DNA from: Candidatus Peribacteria bacterium | Lineage (GTDB): Bacteria > Patescibacteriota > Gracilibacteria > Peribacterales > Peribacteraceae | Length of the DNA: 64,000 nt | Assembly (NCBI GenBank): GCA_018652265.1 | Contig: JABICL010000039.1 | Location: 7,287-71,286 of the forward strand | Direction of reading: 5' to 3' | Shown: positions 20,290 through 30,115 of the stretch, piece by piece | How positions within the stretch are numbered: position 1 is the first letter of the stretch | Layout of the letters: each line of letters starts with the position of its first letter | Notes under the pieces: generated by a model | Told to the model about the DNA's origin: nothing | Database searches by the model: none | The model's input: only the letters and a program-made list of their open reading frames with translations | Translations under genes and position numbers: made by a program

Positions 20290-20306
20290 AAGTGTACAAT
20301 ACCTCC

Positions 20307-21410
20307 ATGCGCGTTGCACTAGTCCACGAATTACTTACTATGAGAGGCGGAGCAGAGAGGCTATTTAAAACAGTTTCTGATATGTTTCCAGAGGCTCCCA
20401 TATATACGTTGCTATACGATAAAAAGAAGCTCGGAGACTGGTTCTCGCAAGAACGCATAATTACATCCAAGCTTCAAAAGTTTGCCTTTAGTTACAATCA
20501 CCATTTGTATCTAAGAAGATTTCCAAAAGCTATAGAGTCTTTCGATTTTTCTGATTTCGATGTTGTCATAAGTTCTTCATCTGCTTTTGCGCACGGAATA
20601 ATTACAAAAGGCCGCACTAAACATATCTGCTATGTAAACAGTCCAGCGAGATATTTGTGGGATAGAACTCACGATGTGATAGATAAAGCAAATACTGGAA
20701 TTCTAGGTCCTATAAAAAAGAAATATCTGGAAAATACTTTCCATAAGCTCAGACAATGGGACTGTTATGCTGCGGATAGACCAGATGTGATTTTGTCTGC
20801 TTCGAAAGAAGTACAGAAACGAGTAGAGCTTTATTGGAGGAGAGAAAGTGAAGTGGTGTATCCATGTGTGGATGACTTCTGGCTTGCGCCAGAAATGAAT
20901 AATGAAAAATGTATAATGAACAATTTTGGAAAATATTTCTTAATAGTTTCTACTCTTGTCCCATACAAACGAATCGAGATCGCAATAGAAGCATGTGAAA
21001 AAGCAGGAGCAAGCTTAAAGATAGTAGGGGAGGGGCCAGATAAAAAAAGGCTCATGAAACTTGCAGGAAACCACACTGAATTTCTAGGATACAAAACACA
21101 TGAAGAAGTTCGAGATTTATATACAAATGCGAAGGCAACTCTATTTCCTGGAGAAGAAGACTTTGGACTTGTACCACTAGAATCTATGTCCTGTGGCACA
21201 CCTGTAATTGCATACGAAAAAGGCGGAGCACTGGAAACTATTTTAGAAAATCAGACTGGAGAATTTTTCCAAGACCCAGATCAGCTAGAGCTAATTATTA
21301 AAAACTTTGATAAAACAAAATTCGATCCACAGGCATGCAAAAATAGAGCTCAGGAATTTTCTAGAGATAGGTTTGAAGAAGGAATTCGCTCTGCAATAGC
21401 TAAAGCATAG
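20307..21410 (+). CDS. Glycosyltransferase family 4
   Basis: MRVALVHE..RGGAER, EDFGLVPLESMSCGTPVIA. Confidence 0.93.
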   Translation: MRVALVHELLTMRGGAERLFKTVSDMFPEAPIYTLLYDKKKLGDWFSQERIITSKLQKFAFSYNHHLYLRRFPKAIESFDFSDFDVVISSSSAFAHGIITKGRTKHICYVNSPARYLWDRTHDVIDKANTGILGPIKKKYLENTFHKLRQWDCYAADRPDVILSASKEVQKRVELYWRRESEVVYPCVDDFWLAPEMNNEKCIMNNFGKYFLIVSTLVPYKRIEIAIEACEKAGASLKIVGEGPDKKRLMKLAGNHTEFLGYKTHEEVRDLYTNAKATLFPGEEDFGLVPLESMSCGTPVIAYEKGGALETILENQTGEFFQDPDQLELIIKNFDKTKFDPQACKNRAQEFSRDRFEEGIRSAIAKA

Positions 21411-22446
21411 CTTCCTGTACAACTCCTCCTGGTACTTCCAGGCCCATATGTGCATAAGCAAGAGGAGTAACCTCTCTTCCTTGCGTTGTCCTCTTCAAAA
21501 ATCCAAGCTGAAGTAAGTATGGCTCATATACATCTTCTAGAGTTTGTTCTTCTTCTGCAGTGGCAGCTGCCAAGGTAGAAAGTCCTACAGGGCCTCCTGC
21601 AAATTTCTCTATTATTGTAGACAGAATTTCACGATCAGTTGCATCCAATCCCTTACCATCTATATCCAAAGATTTCAGAGTATCTCGAGCGCGAGACTCA
21701 CAGATATTTTCTTCTTTATTCATCTGTGCAAAGTCACGCACAGATCGCAAGATTCTATTTGCAATTCTAGGTGTTGATCTACTAGAACATCCAATCATAT
21801 GTGCTGCACTTTCTTCTATAGATAGATTTAAAATATTTGCAGAACGATTCACTATGGATGTCATCTCTATATGATTATAAAAACTTAATTTAAAATTATG
21901 TACAAACCTATCTCTAAGAGGCGCACTTACTGAACCTACTTTTGTAGTCGCTCCAACCAAAGTAAACGGCTTTACATCTATTCTCATAGATCTCGCTGAT
22001 GGCCCTTTTCCGATCATTATATCCAGAACAAAGTCTTCCATAGCACTATATAAAACCTCTTCTATAGCAGGACGAAGTCTATGAATCTCATCTATAAATA
22101 AAACATCACCTGATTGTAAGTTTGTAAGTATAGAAGCTAAATCTCCAGGCTTTTCTATAGCAGGACCTGTAGTAAGTCTGATCTGGGAATTCATCTCTGA
22201 TGCTACGATGTGAGCCAAGGTTGTTTTACCAAGACCTGGAGGCCCATGAAGAATAGTGTGACCAAGAGGTTCTTTCCTTTGCTTCGCCGCTTGCATATAT
22301 ACAAGCATGTGTTCTTTTATTTTTGATTGTCCTATATATTCCTTAATCGATTTAGGACGTAACGTCTGTTCAAAAACCTCAGTGTCATTATTCTTAGACT
22401 TAGTATCTACTACTTTTTGCCTTCTAGCTGGACGCTTGATTGCCAC
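21400..22446 (-). CDS. ruvB: Holliday junction branch migration helicase RuvB
   Basis: LRPK, GPPGLGKTTLA, FIDEIHRL, PLRDRF, GGPVGL. Confidence 0.98.
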   Translation of the reverse strand: MAIKRPARRQKVVDTKSKNNDTEVFEQTLRPKSIKEYIGQSKIKEHMLVYMQAAKQRKEPLGHTILHGPPGLGKTTLAHIVASEMNSQIRLTTGPAIEKPGDLASILTNLQSGDVLFIDEIHRLRPAIEEVLYSAMEDFVLDIMIGKGPSARSMRIDVKPFTLVGATTKVGSVSAPLRDRFVHNFKLSFYNHIEMTSIVNRSANILNLSIEESAAHMIGCSSRSTPRIANRILRSVRDFAQMNKEENICESRARDTLKSLDIDGKGLDATDREILSTIIEKFAGGPVGLSTLAAATAEEEQTLEDVYEPYLLQLGFLKRTTQGREVTPLAYAHMGLEVPGGVVQEAML

Positions 22447-22461
22447 GCGTAGATTGTACCA

Positions 22462-23334
22462 CTACTCGTGCTTATGAACCCCCCGATCTATCATCTTTTG
22501 AATTTCCTCGATTAGATCAAGTAGCTCCTCAAAATCCTTAAGTCTGTGATGCGGAGACTGCTTTCTCCAAAAATGCACAATTCCATTACAGGTCTCAAGT
22601 AGCTGGTGAAGCTCGGAAACACATTCTTTTTGAGCAATCCAATCTACATGTTTAGATCCAAGCATAGAAATCAATCTATCCACACGATACATAGTTCTAT
22701 GAACACCTTCTTGCAGAAGTTCTTCGCGTTTATCATCTATCGTATAAAGCCTGTTTTTCTCATCATAAAAATCAGGTATACGACGCAAATAACTCTGCGC
22801 TTGTCTGTATGCAGTTGTTAAATCAAACCATTCATCTTCACTTATTGCATGTTTTTCATTTGCCAGAATCATAATTCTATCTAGATCTTTTCTGACTATA
22901 TAAAATCCTTCACGGATATTATGGAACATATCTTCAAATGAAAGCTTATGTATTTGTTTGAGAGCAATGTCTTGCCTGTGTGAAACTAGCTTTGTTACAA
23001 ATACAGCAAATACAAATAACGCAGACATACTCTGAATTGCTGCCAAGAATTTAGAAAAACCATTCGGTGTCACATCACCATATCCTGTAGAAGTTGCAGT
23101 TATCACACTGAAATACAAAGTATTTGCGAGTCTCTGCATCGTATTCATTCCCTCTAGTGCTTCTGGTCCATGTCCAGGTAAATATTCAAGCAAGAAATAT
23201 ACAACACCAAATCCAAGAGCTAATCCTATCCATATGAGAAACAAAGTCTGATAAGAAAGGCTAGTTATGGAATCCATCGCTCGCATAAGGCGACCGTGGT
23301 TCCTTTGCCAGAAATTTTTCATTCCACTAAGCAT
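22462..23334 (-). CDS. Potassium channel family protein (2TM, Ion_trans_2)
   Basis: LYFSVITATSTGYGDVTP pore motif between two TM helices. Confidence 0.85.
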   Translation of the reverse strand: MLSGMKNFWQRNHGRLMRAMDSITSLSYQTLFLIWIGLALGFGVVYFLLEYLPGHGPEALEGMNTMQRLANTLYFSVITATSTGYGDVTPNGFSKFLAAIQSMSALFVFAVFVTKLVSHRQDIALKQIHKLSFEDMFHNIREGFYIVRKDLDRIMILANEKHAISEDEWFDLTTAYRQAQSYLRRIPDFYDEKNRLYTIDDKREELLQEGVHRTMYRVDRLISMLGSKHVDWIAQKECVSELHQLLETCNGIVHFWRKQSPHHRLKDFEELLDLIEEIQKMIDRGVHKHE

Positions 23335-23402
23335 TTCCTACTATTTTACCAGAAATAGCCGTTTTTTGGAATAATATGCTTCGACTCAGCCTGACATACA
23401 GA

Positions 23403-23520
23403 ATAGCAAGCGAGCAGGCGGTATTTTGCGTAAGAAATCGATCCGAAACCTCTGATAAGTAATAAACGGTGATGGGTTACGTCGATTTCGTCGCATATAC
23501 CGCCTTAAGCGAGCGAGCGG
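23403..23520 (+). repeat. Family A repeat, core type 1
   Basis: Reverse-complement copy of 6851-6968. Confidence 0.9.
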
Positions 23521-23524
23521 AATG

Positions 23525-24079
23525 CTAAACAGAAATTAGCGACAATGCCTCATCGAAAGCACCATCTATCTTCCCTCTATCATTCTCAGTAGGCCTAGAA
23601 AGCACATAAGAAGATAGATCAACGCCTGCCTGCTGAAAGCTTCCAGATTCTGGAGCTGTTTCACCTCGTATTCCAATTCTGATTCTTGGAAAGATTTCTC
23701 CAATCTGTTCCACAATAGATTTAAGTCCATTATGAGATCCTGCACTACCAGAATCTTTCAGGCGAGTCATTCCAACTCCTAGGTCTATATCATCTGCAAG
23801 AACTAAAACATCTTTTGGTTCAAGCTTGTAAAAATCAATTATTTTTTTCACACATTCACCTGATCTATTCATATATGTAGCAGGCTTAACAAGTAGAGCA
23901 GGAGAGTCCTCAATATTTGCCTCCATTGTGTCTGCCATAAACTTCTGATTTGGCTGCCAATTAGATTCGCCAAATTTTTCTCCAATCTTATCTATCGCTG
24001 CAAACCCAACATTATGACGAGTTCCATCATAATCCTTTCCTGGATTACCTAGCCCAATGATTACTCTTTTTGGCTTCAT
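23525..24079 (-). CDS. pth: Peptidyl-tRNA hydrolase
   Basis: GLGNPG..Y..TRHNVGF, KPATYMN, DDIDL, GSHNGLKS. Confidence 0.97.
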   Translation of the reverse strand: MKPKRVIIGLGNPGKDYDGTRHNVGFAAIDKIGEKFGESNWQPNQKFMADTMEANIEDSPALLVKPATYMNRSGECVKKIIDFYKLEPKDVLVLADDIDLGVGMTRLKDSGSAGSHNGLKSIVEQIGEIFPRIRIGIRGETAPESGSFQQAGVDLSSYVLSRPTENDRGKIDGAFDEALSLISV

Positions 24080-24093
24080 ATTAAATTAAAAAT

Positions 24094-24702
24094 TTATTCT
24101 ACTTCTACTTCTTCCTCCTCTCCTTCTCTCTCTTTTAAATACATTCTCTCTGAAACTATATCTGCGATTATATCTTTTATAGCTGAGCTATCCTTCATAT
24201 TCTTTGTACGTATACAAGATTCCTGACACGCAAGAATTGTAGATTCTACATCCCGCGGACGCTTAACATCTTCTATAGAGAAAACAGAGCCAGTACTTAT
24301 TTTTTCTATACTTACAGTTCCAAATCCAAAAATAGTTCCTAGTATTCCTTCTATCTCATAACTTACCCCCTCTATAGAACTATAATCTATTCTGGTGCTT
24401 TGCCTATGAAACCATCCATGCCATTCCACATCTATCACAGCAGTATTAGTAATAAGCCAAGCATCTAGATAATAATCCAAAAAATTTCTAAGCATCCACA
24501 CCAATATTCCTATATCCACTGCAATAATTAGTATTACCATTGGAGTAAATGGCAAATAATAAAGCACTCCCCAAGATGCAACTAAAGAAATAAAAGGTAA
24601 GACCAATTCCTTCACTCCATGTACCCAGTGCTTATGTATAGCGACATACAATTCCTCATCATCCTCCAGATGTTTATAAAAGAGGCGTTCAAACATGTTC
24701 AT
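24094..24702 (-). CDS. Membrane protein with bacterial PH-like domain
   Basis: Two TM helices, then WLITN..VID...GILGTIFGFGTV. Confidence 0.65.
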   Translation of the reverse strand: MNMFERLFYKHLEDDEELYVAIHKHWVHGVKELVLPFISLVASWGVLYYLPFTPMVILIIAVDIGILVWMLRNFLDYYLDAWLITNTAVIDVEWHGWFHRQSTRIDYSSIEGVSYEIEGILGTIFGFGTVSIEKISTGSVFSIEDVKRPRDVESTILACQESCIRTKNMKDSSAIKDIIADIVSERMYLKEREGEEEEVEVE

Positions 24703-24757
24703 ATTCTATAGCATCCGTTATTTTTGTAATAGGGGAACTCGTGTTATCCTGTACCCA

Positions 24758-25393
24758 ATGCCATTTAATAGATCTGTGAATAAGGCGCAAAAAAGTTTTC
24801 TATACAACGTATGCGACGTTCTTTTGAATGTTGTAATTATCGTAGCCACAGTGGCAGTTATACGTACTTTTATAGTTTCACCCTTCGAAGTAGAAGGTAA
24901 TTCTATGGTTCCAACTCTAGAAGATAATCAATACATCATAATAAATAAATTCAATTATATTTTTGGAGAACCATCTCGTGGAGATGTAGTCGTATTTCAC
25001 CCACCATCTGATTCACGAAAATATTACGTAAAAAGAATAATAGGAATGCCAGGCGATAAGATTGTTATTCGTGATGGAGACGTATTTATAGAAGACAATG
25101 GTGTTGAACGTGAACTAAAAGAAAATTACTTAGATGAAAAAAATACAGGTCGTACTTTTATAGCGCCTGTGGGAACAGGGGATAAGAGTGAGAAAAAATA
25201 TTTTGTACCAAACGGATCTTACTTTTTACTTGGCGACAACAGACAGGGGAGCTTAGATTCCAGAAGCTTTCGTAACGCTCAGGGAGAGGAGACTCCATAT
25301 GTAGAGACAGAAAATATTTCTGGAAGAGTTTGGCTTGTAGCACTTCCAATTACGAAGAGTCACGCACTGCAAACACCAAATTACGAGCAGTAG
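24758..25393 (+). CDS. lepB: Signal peptidase I
   Basis: GNSMVPTL, RGDVVVF, YVKRIIGMPGD, GDNR..SLDSR; start placed at MPFNR. Confidence 0.95.
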   Translation: MPFNRSVNKAQKSFLYNVCDVLLNVVIIVATVAVIRTFIVSPFEVEGNSMVPTLEDNQYIIINKFNYIFGEPSRGDVVVFHPPSDSRKYYVKRIIGMPGDKIVIRDGDVFIEDNGVERELKENYLDEKNTGRTFIAPVGTGDKSEKKYFVPNGSYFLLGDNRQGSLDSRSFRNAQGEETPYVETENISGRVWLVALPITKSHALQTPNYEQ

Positions 25394-25510
25394 AGGTAAT
25401 TTAGCATAGATGACTAATGTATAGATATATTGTATAATATAAGATGTGATACCACTTCGTCCCTCGGCTAGCTCGGGACTTCGCGGCATCAGACTTAATT
25501 ACAACTTGAT

Positions 25511-26263
25511 ATGAGAAAGTATTTGCTACTGTTCACCCTAGCACTTTCCGCCTGTATCGGCGGAGACAAAGAATTCGATCCATCTAGCATACAAACTGGT
25601 AGAAGCTCTATGCGCGCAAGTGCAGAATTTGCCAAAAAGATAATACGAAAATCAAATAAAAAGGCTGCATTGGTAGGAACTTATGTTGGTACAGATTTAA
25701 GTATGGAAGCAAAAGCAGACGAAGAAATTCCAGATGAAATAAATCTGCCAAAAGGAAGAATCACAGAAGATACTGAACTTATAGATGCACTTGTAGAAGT
25801 ATTAGAAGTAGATGTTCAAAATTATCTAAACAGATCAAAAGATAGATCTATTGCACTTAGAGAATATATTTCATCTCTTTCATCTCATGTTAAACAAGCA
25901 GAAGTAAGAATAAGAACTTTGTCTGATAATAGAGATTCTTATTCAGATGATGTAAAAAGGCTTGGCAGGGGAGTAAAAGATCTAAGAAAAGAGATAGATG
26001 ATTCTATACTTGATAGTTCAGGAAGAAGTACTACGTTGCTACTGGATGATATAAAAAACAGACAAGACACTCTCTCTGAAGCAGAGACAGATTTAGTAAT
26101 TACAGAACGATTACTAGATGCATACGAAGATATAATAGAACCAGGACAAAAACGCTTAAGCGCAATACAAGAAAATATGGATGCTCTAGTAAAAGGTGTA
26201 AAAGTTGTAGATATTCCAGGAGCAGAGGAATTGGGAGTGTTAGAAAGTGGTGGTAGGAGATAG
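25511..26263 (+). CDS. Putative lipoprotein with coiled coils
   Basis: Lipobox-like LALSAC, heptad-rich body. Confidence 0.65.
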   Translation: MRKYLLLFTLALSACIGGDKEFDPSSIQTGRSSMRASAEFAKKIIRKSNKKAALVGTYVGTDLSMEAKADEEIPDEINLPKGRITEDTELIDALVEVLEVDVQNYLNRSKDRSIALREYISSLSSHVKQAEVRIRTLSDNRDSYSDDVKRLGRGVKDLRKEIDDSILDSSGRSTTLLLDDIKNRQDTLSEAETDLVITERLLDAYEDIIEPGQKRLSAIQENMDALVKGVKVVDIPGAEELGVLESGGRR

Positions 26264-26294
26264 CAACTCTATTATTAAACAGTGGTTAGTGACT

Positions 26295-26389
26295 ATGCTT
26301 CGACTCGCACTTCGACTCGTAGAACTTAAGCATCGCGACTTCGTCGCTCCGCTTCAAGTTCAACTCGCTCAGTACGGCTCAGCATGACA
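26295..26389 (-). repeat. Family B repeat embedded in a heptamer inverted-repeat element (26281-26429)
   Basis: Reverse-complement relative of 8202-8297, bracketed by AGTGGTTAGTG ... CACTAACCACT. Confidence 0.88.
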
Positions 26390-26486
26390 TATTCATCACA
26401 ACTACCCACTACTCACTAACCACTAACTACTTGTTATTAACTTCTTTTTATTATCTCAATCTTACCTCTCCTGCTACAATCTCCCT

Positions 26487-28259
26487 ATGTGTGGAATCTT
26501 TGGTTATGTAGGAAATAGAAAGGATGCAGGACGCATCGTAGTTCGTGGCATAAAGAGCCTAGAATACAGAGGATACGATTCTTGGGGAGTAGCTAGAATG
26601 ATTGATGGAGATATTTTTATAGAAAAAAATGTAGGAAAGATTGGAGGAGTAAATCCAGAATCATTTTCTGAACTTAGCAGTATAGCGATCGCTCATACGC
26701 GTTGGGCAACACACGGTGGAGTAACAAAAGAAAATGCTCACCCTCATATTTCTTGTGATAAGAAAATTTCAGTAGTTCACAATGGAATCATAGAAAATTA
26801 CCAAGAGCTTAGAGAGGAGCTAAAAAACAAAGGTCATACATTCACATCCGAAACAGACACAGAAATCATATGTCATATGATCGCAGAGAATCTAAAAACC
26901 AGTAAGGATCTTCCAGAGGCAGTTAGAATTACATGTCAGAGATTTGAAGGTCGTTACGGATTTCTTATTATAAACACTGAAACAAATGAGCTAATAGCAG
27001 CTCGAACAGGATCTCCACTTATTGTAGGAAGAGGAGAAGATGAAACCTTCATAGCTTCAGATATTCCTGCATTCATGGAGCACACAAAAACTGTAAATTA
27101 CATAGACGATGGAGAAATGGTAATAACAGACGGAAAAGAAACTCGTTTCTATGAAATAAATTCAGGCAAAGAAATAGATAAAAGAAATGTAGAAATCACT
27201 CTGGATATAGAGGAAGCAAAGAAGGGTGAATACGAGCACTTCATGTTAAAAGAAATAATGGATCAGAAAGATACTATTGCTAGAGCAGTGAACCAAGACG
27301 AAGAACAGATTCAAACAATTGCAAATGCTATTCGCGATGCCCAAGGAACATTCTTATCTGCCTGCGGAACTGCCGGAAAGGTTTGTATGGCATCTGAGTA
27401 CTTCTTCTCTGTAGTTGCAGAGAAACATGTAAATTTCACTCCAGCATCTGAGTTTCCTATATACCATCATTTCTTGGTGCCAGAGAGTTTGCTTATTGTG
27501 GTCTCACAAAGTGGAGAAACTGCAGACGTACTAGAAGCTATGAAAGTCGCAAAGTCTAAGAGGGCAAAGGTTCTCGCAGTAGTAAACTCAGAAGGATCTA
27601 CGATAGATAGAGAAGCAGATTACACATTGCTTATAAATGCAGGCCCAGAACGAGCTGTAGCCTCCACAAAAGCTGCTACAGGACAAATGGCAGTTATGCT
27701 TCTGGTTGCTTATGCACTTGCAGATAAACTAAACGAGGGAAGGGCAGTGCTGCTAGAAACTGCTTCTATGATTAATGACATGTTGAATCCTAGATATATG
27801 GAACACGTATCTGGAATCGCGGAAAATATAAAAGAAGAAGAGAACGTATACATAATAGGAAAAAGTTGGAATTATCCTATGGCACTAGAAAGTGCTATAA
27901 AAATTCAAGAAGTAAGTTATGTTCATGCAGAAGGATTTGCAGGCGGAGAACTTAAACATGGTCCTATAGCTTTGATCCAAAAAGGAACTCCTTGTATTGC
28001 ACTGATCGGTAATGATGAAACCAAAATGGACACTCTAAGTAATACCATAGAACTAAAAGCCAGAGGTGCTCACATAATAGGAGTAGCACCAGAAAATAAT
28101 GAAGTTTTCGATGAATGGATAAAAGTACCAGATGCAGAAACTGCTCAGGCAATAGTAAACATAATTCCTATCCAAGTCCTCGCATATTATCTCGCAATTA
28201 AACGAGGTAAAGATCCGGATATGCCAAGGAATTTGGCGAAGAGTGTGACGGTTAAATAG
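26487..28259 (+). CDS. glmS: Glutamine--fructose-6-phosphate transaminase
   Basis: MCGIFG, EYRGYDS, HTRWATHG, SQSGETAD, PRNLAKSVTV. Confidence 0.98.
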   Translation: MCGIFGYVGNRKDAGRIVVRGIKSLEYRGYDSWGVARMIDGDIFIEKNVGKIGGVNPESFSELSSIAIAHTRWATHGGVTKENAHPHISCDKKISVVHNGIIENYQELREELKNKGHTFTSETDTEIICHMIAENLKTSKDLPEAVRITCQRFEGRYGFLIINTETNELIAARTGSPLIVGRGEDETFIASDIPAFMEHTKTVNYIDDGEMVITDGKETRFYEINSGKEIDKRNVEITLDIEEAKKGEYEHFMLKEIMDQKDTIARAVNQDEEQIQTIANAIRDAQGTFLSACGTAGKVCMASEYFFSVVAEKHVNFTPASEFPIYHHFLVPESLLIVVSQSGETADVLEAMKVAKSKRAKVLAVVNSEGSTIDREADYTLLINAGPERAVASTKAATGQMAVMLLVAYALADKLNEGRAVLLETASMINDMLNPRYMEHVSGIAENIKEEENVYIIGKSWNYPMALESAIKIQEVSYVHAEGFAGGELKHGPIALIQKGTPCIALIGNDETKMDTLSNTIELKARGAHIIGVAPENNEVFDEWIKVPDAETAQAIVNIIPIQVLAYYLAIKRGKDPDMPRNLAKSVTVK

Positions 28260-28367
28260 GTATTTTAGGTACATTAGGTATCGTAGGTAATGTAGGCAGA
28301 ATTTAATTCGTCGTATTAAATTTGTACCTAAATTACTTAAAGTACCTAAGATACATAAAATACCTAA
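28257..28367. repeat. Palindromic 9-mer tandem array (TAGGTANNN ... NNNTACCTA), left border of STAS array
   Basis: 4-5 units per arm; related to 30116-30217. Confidence 0.85.
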
Positions 28368-28372
28368 CACGA

Positions 28373-28474
28373 GCAGGTCGAACCAGTCTGCCTTTCGGCA
28401 GACCGGCTCTTCGCGAATCTCACGTTTAGCCTCCTTCCTTTGGCTAAGGATTCACGACAGTGTTCACATGTGTT
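28373..28474 (-). ncRNA. Conserved structured 3' element of STAS unit 1 (candidate RNA motif)
   Basis: Similar to 28950-29051 and 29526-29630; two hairpins with G-U pairs on the minus strand. Confidence 0.55.
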
Positions 28475-28478
28475 TCGG

Positions 28479-28844
28479 CTAGAATTCCAGCAACGCCACT
28501 TCGCGATTTTCGTGGATATCGAAAGTAAGATATAGCTTTGTAGCCTTGAAGAGACCTGCGTAGACATCTTCAGAAATTCCGCAAAGTTTGAGATTCTTTG
28601 CTGAGCTTGTTACCCTCTCCAGCTTTTTTTGCAGGGTCATCAGCTTGCCAATAAACACACTGCTTGTTTGCTGAATCACAGAGAAATCGATCAACACTTT
28701 CCTTTTGCCATCCTTCTCAACTAGGGCAAATAGTCTTTCTCCAGCATGGAGAATGAGCGTCTCGTTCGTGAGCTGCTCTGCAGCAGGAGTGACAACTGTC
28801 ACACCATCCACATCTTCAACTTGCAATTCCGCTGTTTCTTTCAT
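28479..28844 (-). CDS. STAS-domain anti-sigma factor antagonist, unit 1
   Basis: VEDVDGVTVV...KVLIDFS..QTSSVFIGKL...LKLCGIS; SD GGAG 5' of MKETAE. Confidence 0.88.
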   Translation of the reverse strand: MKETAELQVEDVDGVTVVTPAAEQLTNETLILHAGERLFALVEKDGKRKVLIDFSVIQQTSSVFIGKLMTLQKKLERVTSSAKNLKLCGISEDVYAGLFKATKLYLTFDIHENREVALLEF

Positions 28845-28949
28845 CGCTCCACTCCGTTTACAAGGATCAAAAATGTCCCCCGACACATGTTCACTACAAG
28901 TAGTAAGTCACTATGAAAGCCAAAAATCAATCAGAATCGGGGTAATTTT

Positions 28950-29051
28950 ACACAGGTCGAACCAGCCTGCCTTTCGGCAGACCGGCTCCTTGTGAATCTC
29001 ACGTTTAGCCTCCTTTCTTTGGCTAAGGATTCACGGATTGTCACATGTGTT
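28950..29051 (-). ncRNA. Conserved structured 3' element of STAS unit 2
   Basis: GTGAATC..GATTCAC and GAGCCGGTCTGCC-GAAA-GGCAGGCTGGTTC hairpins. Confidence 0.55.
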
Positions 29052-29054
29052 TTA

Positions 29055-29417
29055 CTAGAAGTCGACGAGAGCGTCTTCACGATTACCATCAAAGACGTCG
29101 AAAAACTGTACAAGATTGGTCATTGTGAAGACTTCAAAAACATCTCGCTTCATTCCACAGAACCTCATTTTTCGTGGCTGACCCCGAACCCATTTCTTAC
29201 TGATATTCATCAACATACCAAGGGCAGGGGAACTAGGAAATTCCATATTGCAGAAATCAACCAGAACCTTATTAGCCCCTTCTTCAAACACCGCAGTGAG
29301 CACCGTCCTGACTGACCCGGTCTGTTCGGATCCAAGGAATTGTGGATCCATTATGGTCAATACGGAAACTCCTCCTACCACTTCAACATTGGGTTCAGTA
29401 CTTTGTGTTGGATCCAT
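29055..29417 (-). CDS. STAS-domain anti-sigma factor antagonist, unit 2
   Basis: KVLVDFCNMEFPSSPALGML...EVFTMTNL; SD AAGGAG 5' of MDPTQS. Confidence 0.88.
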   Translation of the reverse strand: MDPTQSTEPNVEVVGGVSVLTIMDPQFLGSEQTGSVRTVLTAVFEEGANKVLVDFCNMEFPSSPALGMLMNISKKWVRGQPRKMRFCGMKRDVFEVFTMTNLVQFFDVFDGNREDALVDF

Positions 29418-29525
29418 CTCTCTACACTCCTTTGAAGGAACGATTCGAATATTTTGCACACATGTGCACTATCAAATAGTAAGTCACTCTGAAAGGCAAA
29501 AATCAATCATTATCATGATAATTTT

Positions 29526-29630
29526 ACACAGGTCGAACCGGCCTCCCTGTAACAGGAAGCCGGTTTTTCGTGAATCTCATATGCCACCTCCTTTCGGGTT
29601 GGTTGGGATTCACGGATGTTCACATGTGTT
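29526..29630 (-). ncRNA. Conserved structured 3' element of STAS unit 3
   Basis: Same fold with different stem sequence AACCGGCTTCCTG-TTA-CAGGGAGGCCGGTT. Confidence 0.55.
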
Positions 29631-29636
29631 TCGGAG

Positions 29637-29981
29637 CTAGAAGCCCTCGAGGGCTTCTTCGAGCGTGTCGAAGATGTCGAAGAGCCTGTTTAGCAGGCTG
29701 ATAGTAAAGACTTCAAGTGGCTGGCCAGAAATGCAACAAAATCTTAGTCTACTTTTTGCGTTTTTCGCCCTCTTATTCATTGTAGTGAACTTGCTAAGCG
29801 CTGCAGTATGCAGATACTTGACATTCGAAAAATCTAATATTATTTTCTTTCTTCCATCCTCATCAACGAGACCAAACATTTGATTTCCCATGATTTGAAT
29901 GTTGCCCTCGTCCATAATCTTTTCATCCACAAATTTCACGACAGTCACGCCACCAATTTCCTCGATTTCTATTCTTCGCAT
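29637..29981 (-). CDS. STAS-domain anti-sigma factor antagonist, unit 3
   Basis: IEEIGGVTVVKFVDEKIMDEGNIQ...IILDFSNVKYLHTAAL...EVFTISLL; SD GGAG 5' of MRRIE. Confidence 0.9.
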   Translation of the reverse strand: MRRIEIEEIGGVTVVKFVDEKIMDEGNIQIMGNQMFGLVDEDGRKKIILDFSNVKYLHTAALSKFTTMNKRAKNAKSRLRFCCISGQPLEVFTISLLNRLFDIFDTLEEALEGF

Positions 29982-30115
29982 TTCAACCACTCCGTTTTGA
30001 AAGGACAATTCGAATATTTCGCACACATGTGCACTACAAGTAGTAAGTCACTACTTGGCAAGTATTACAAGAAATATCTTTGGATTCTTATTTGAAAACA
30101 TGCAAAGTATTATTA

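Noticed and set aside
28257..28367. 9-mer arrays as mini-CRISPR or iterons
   Set aside because: Units are contiguous 9-mers arranged as an inverted pair, with no unique spacers and no rep gene nearby.
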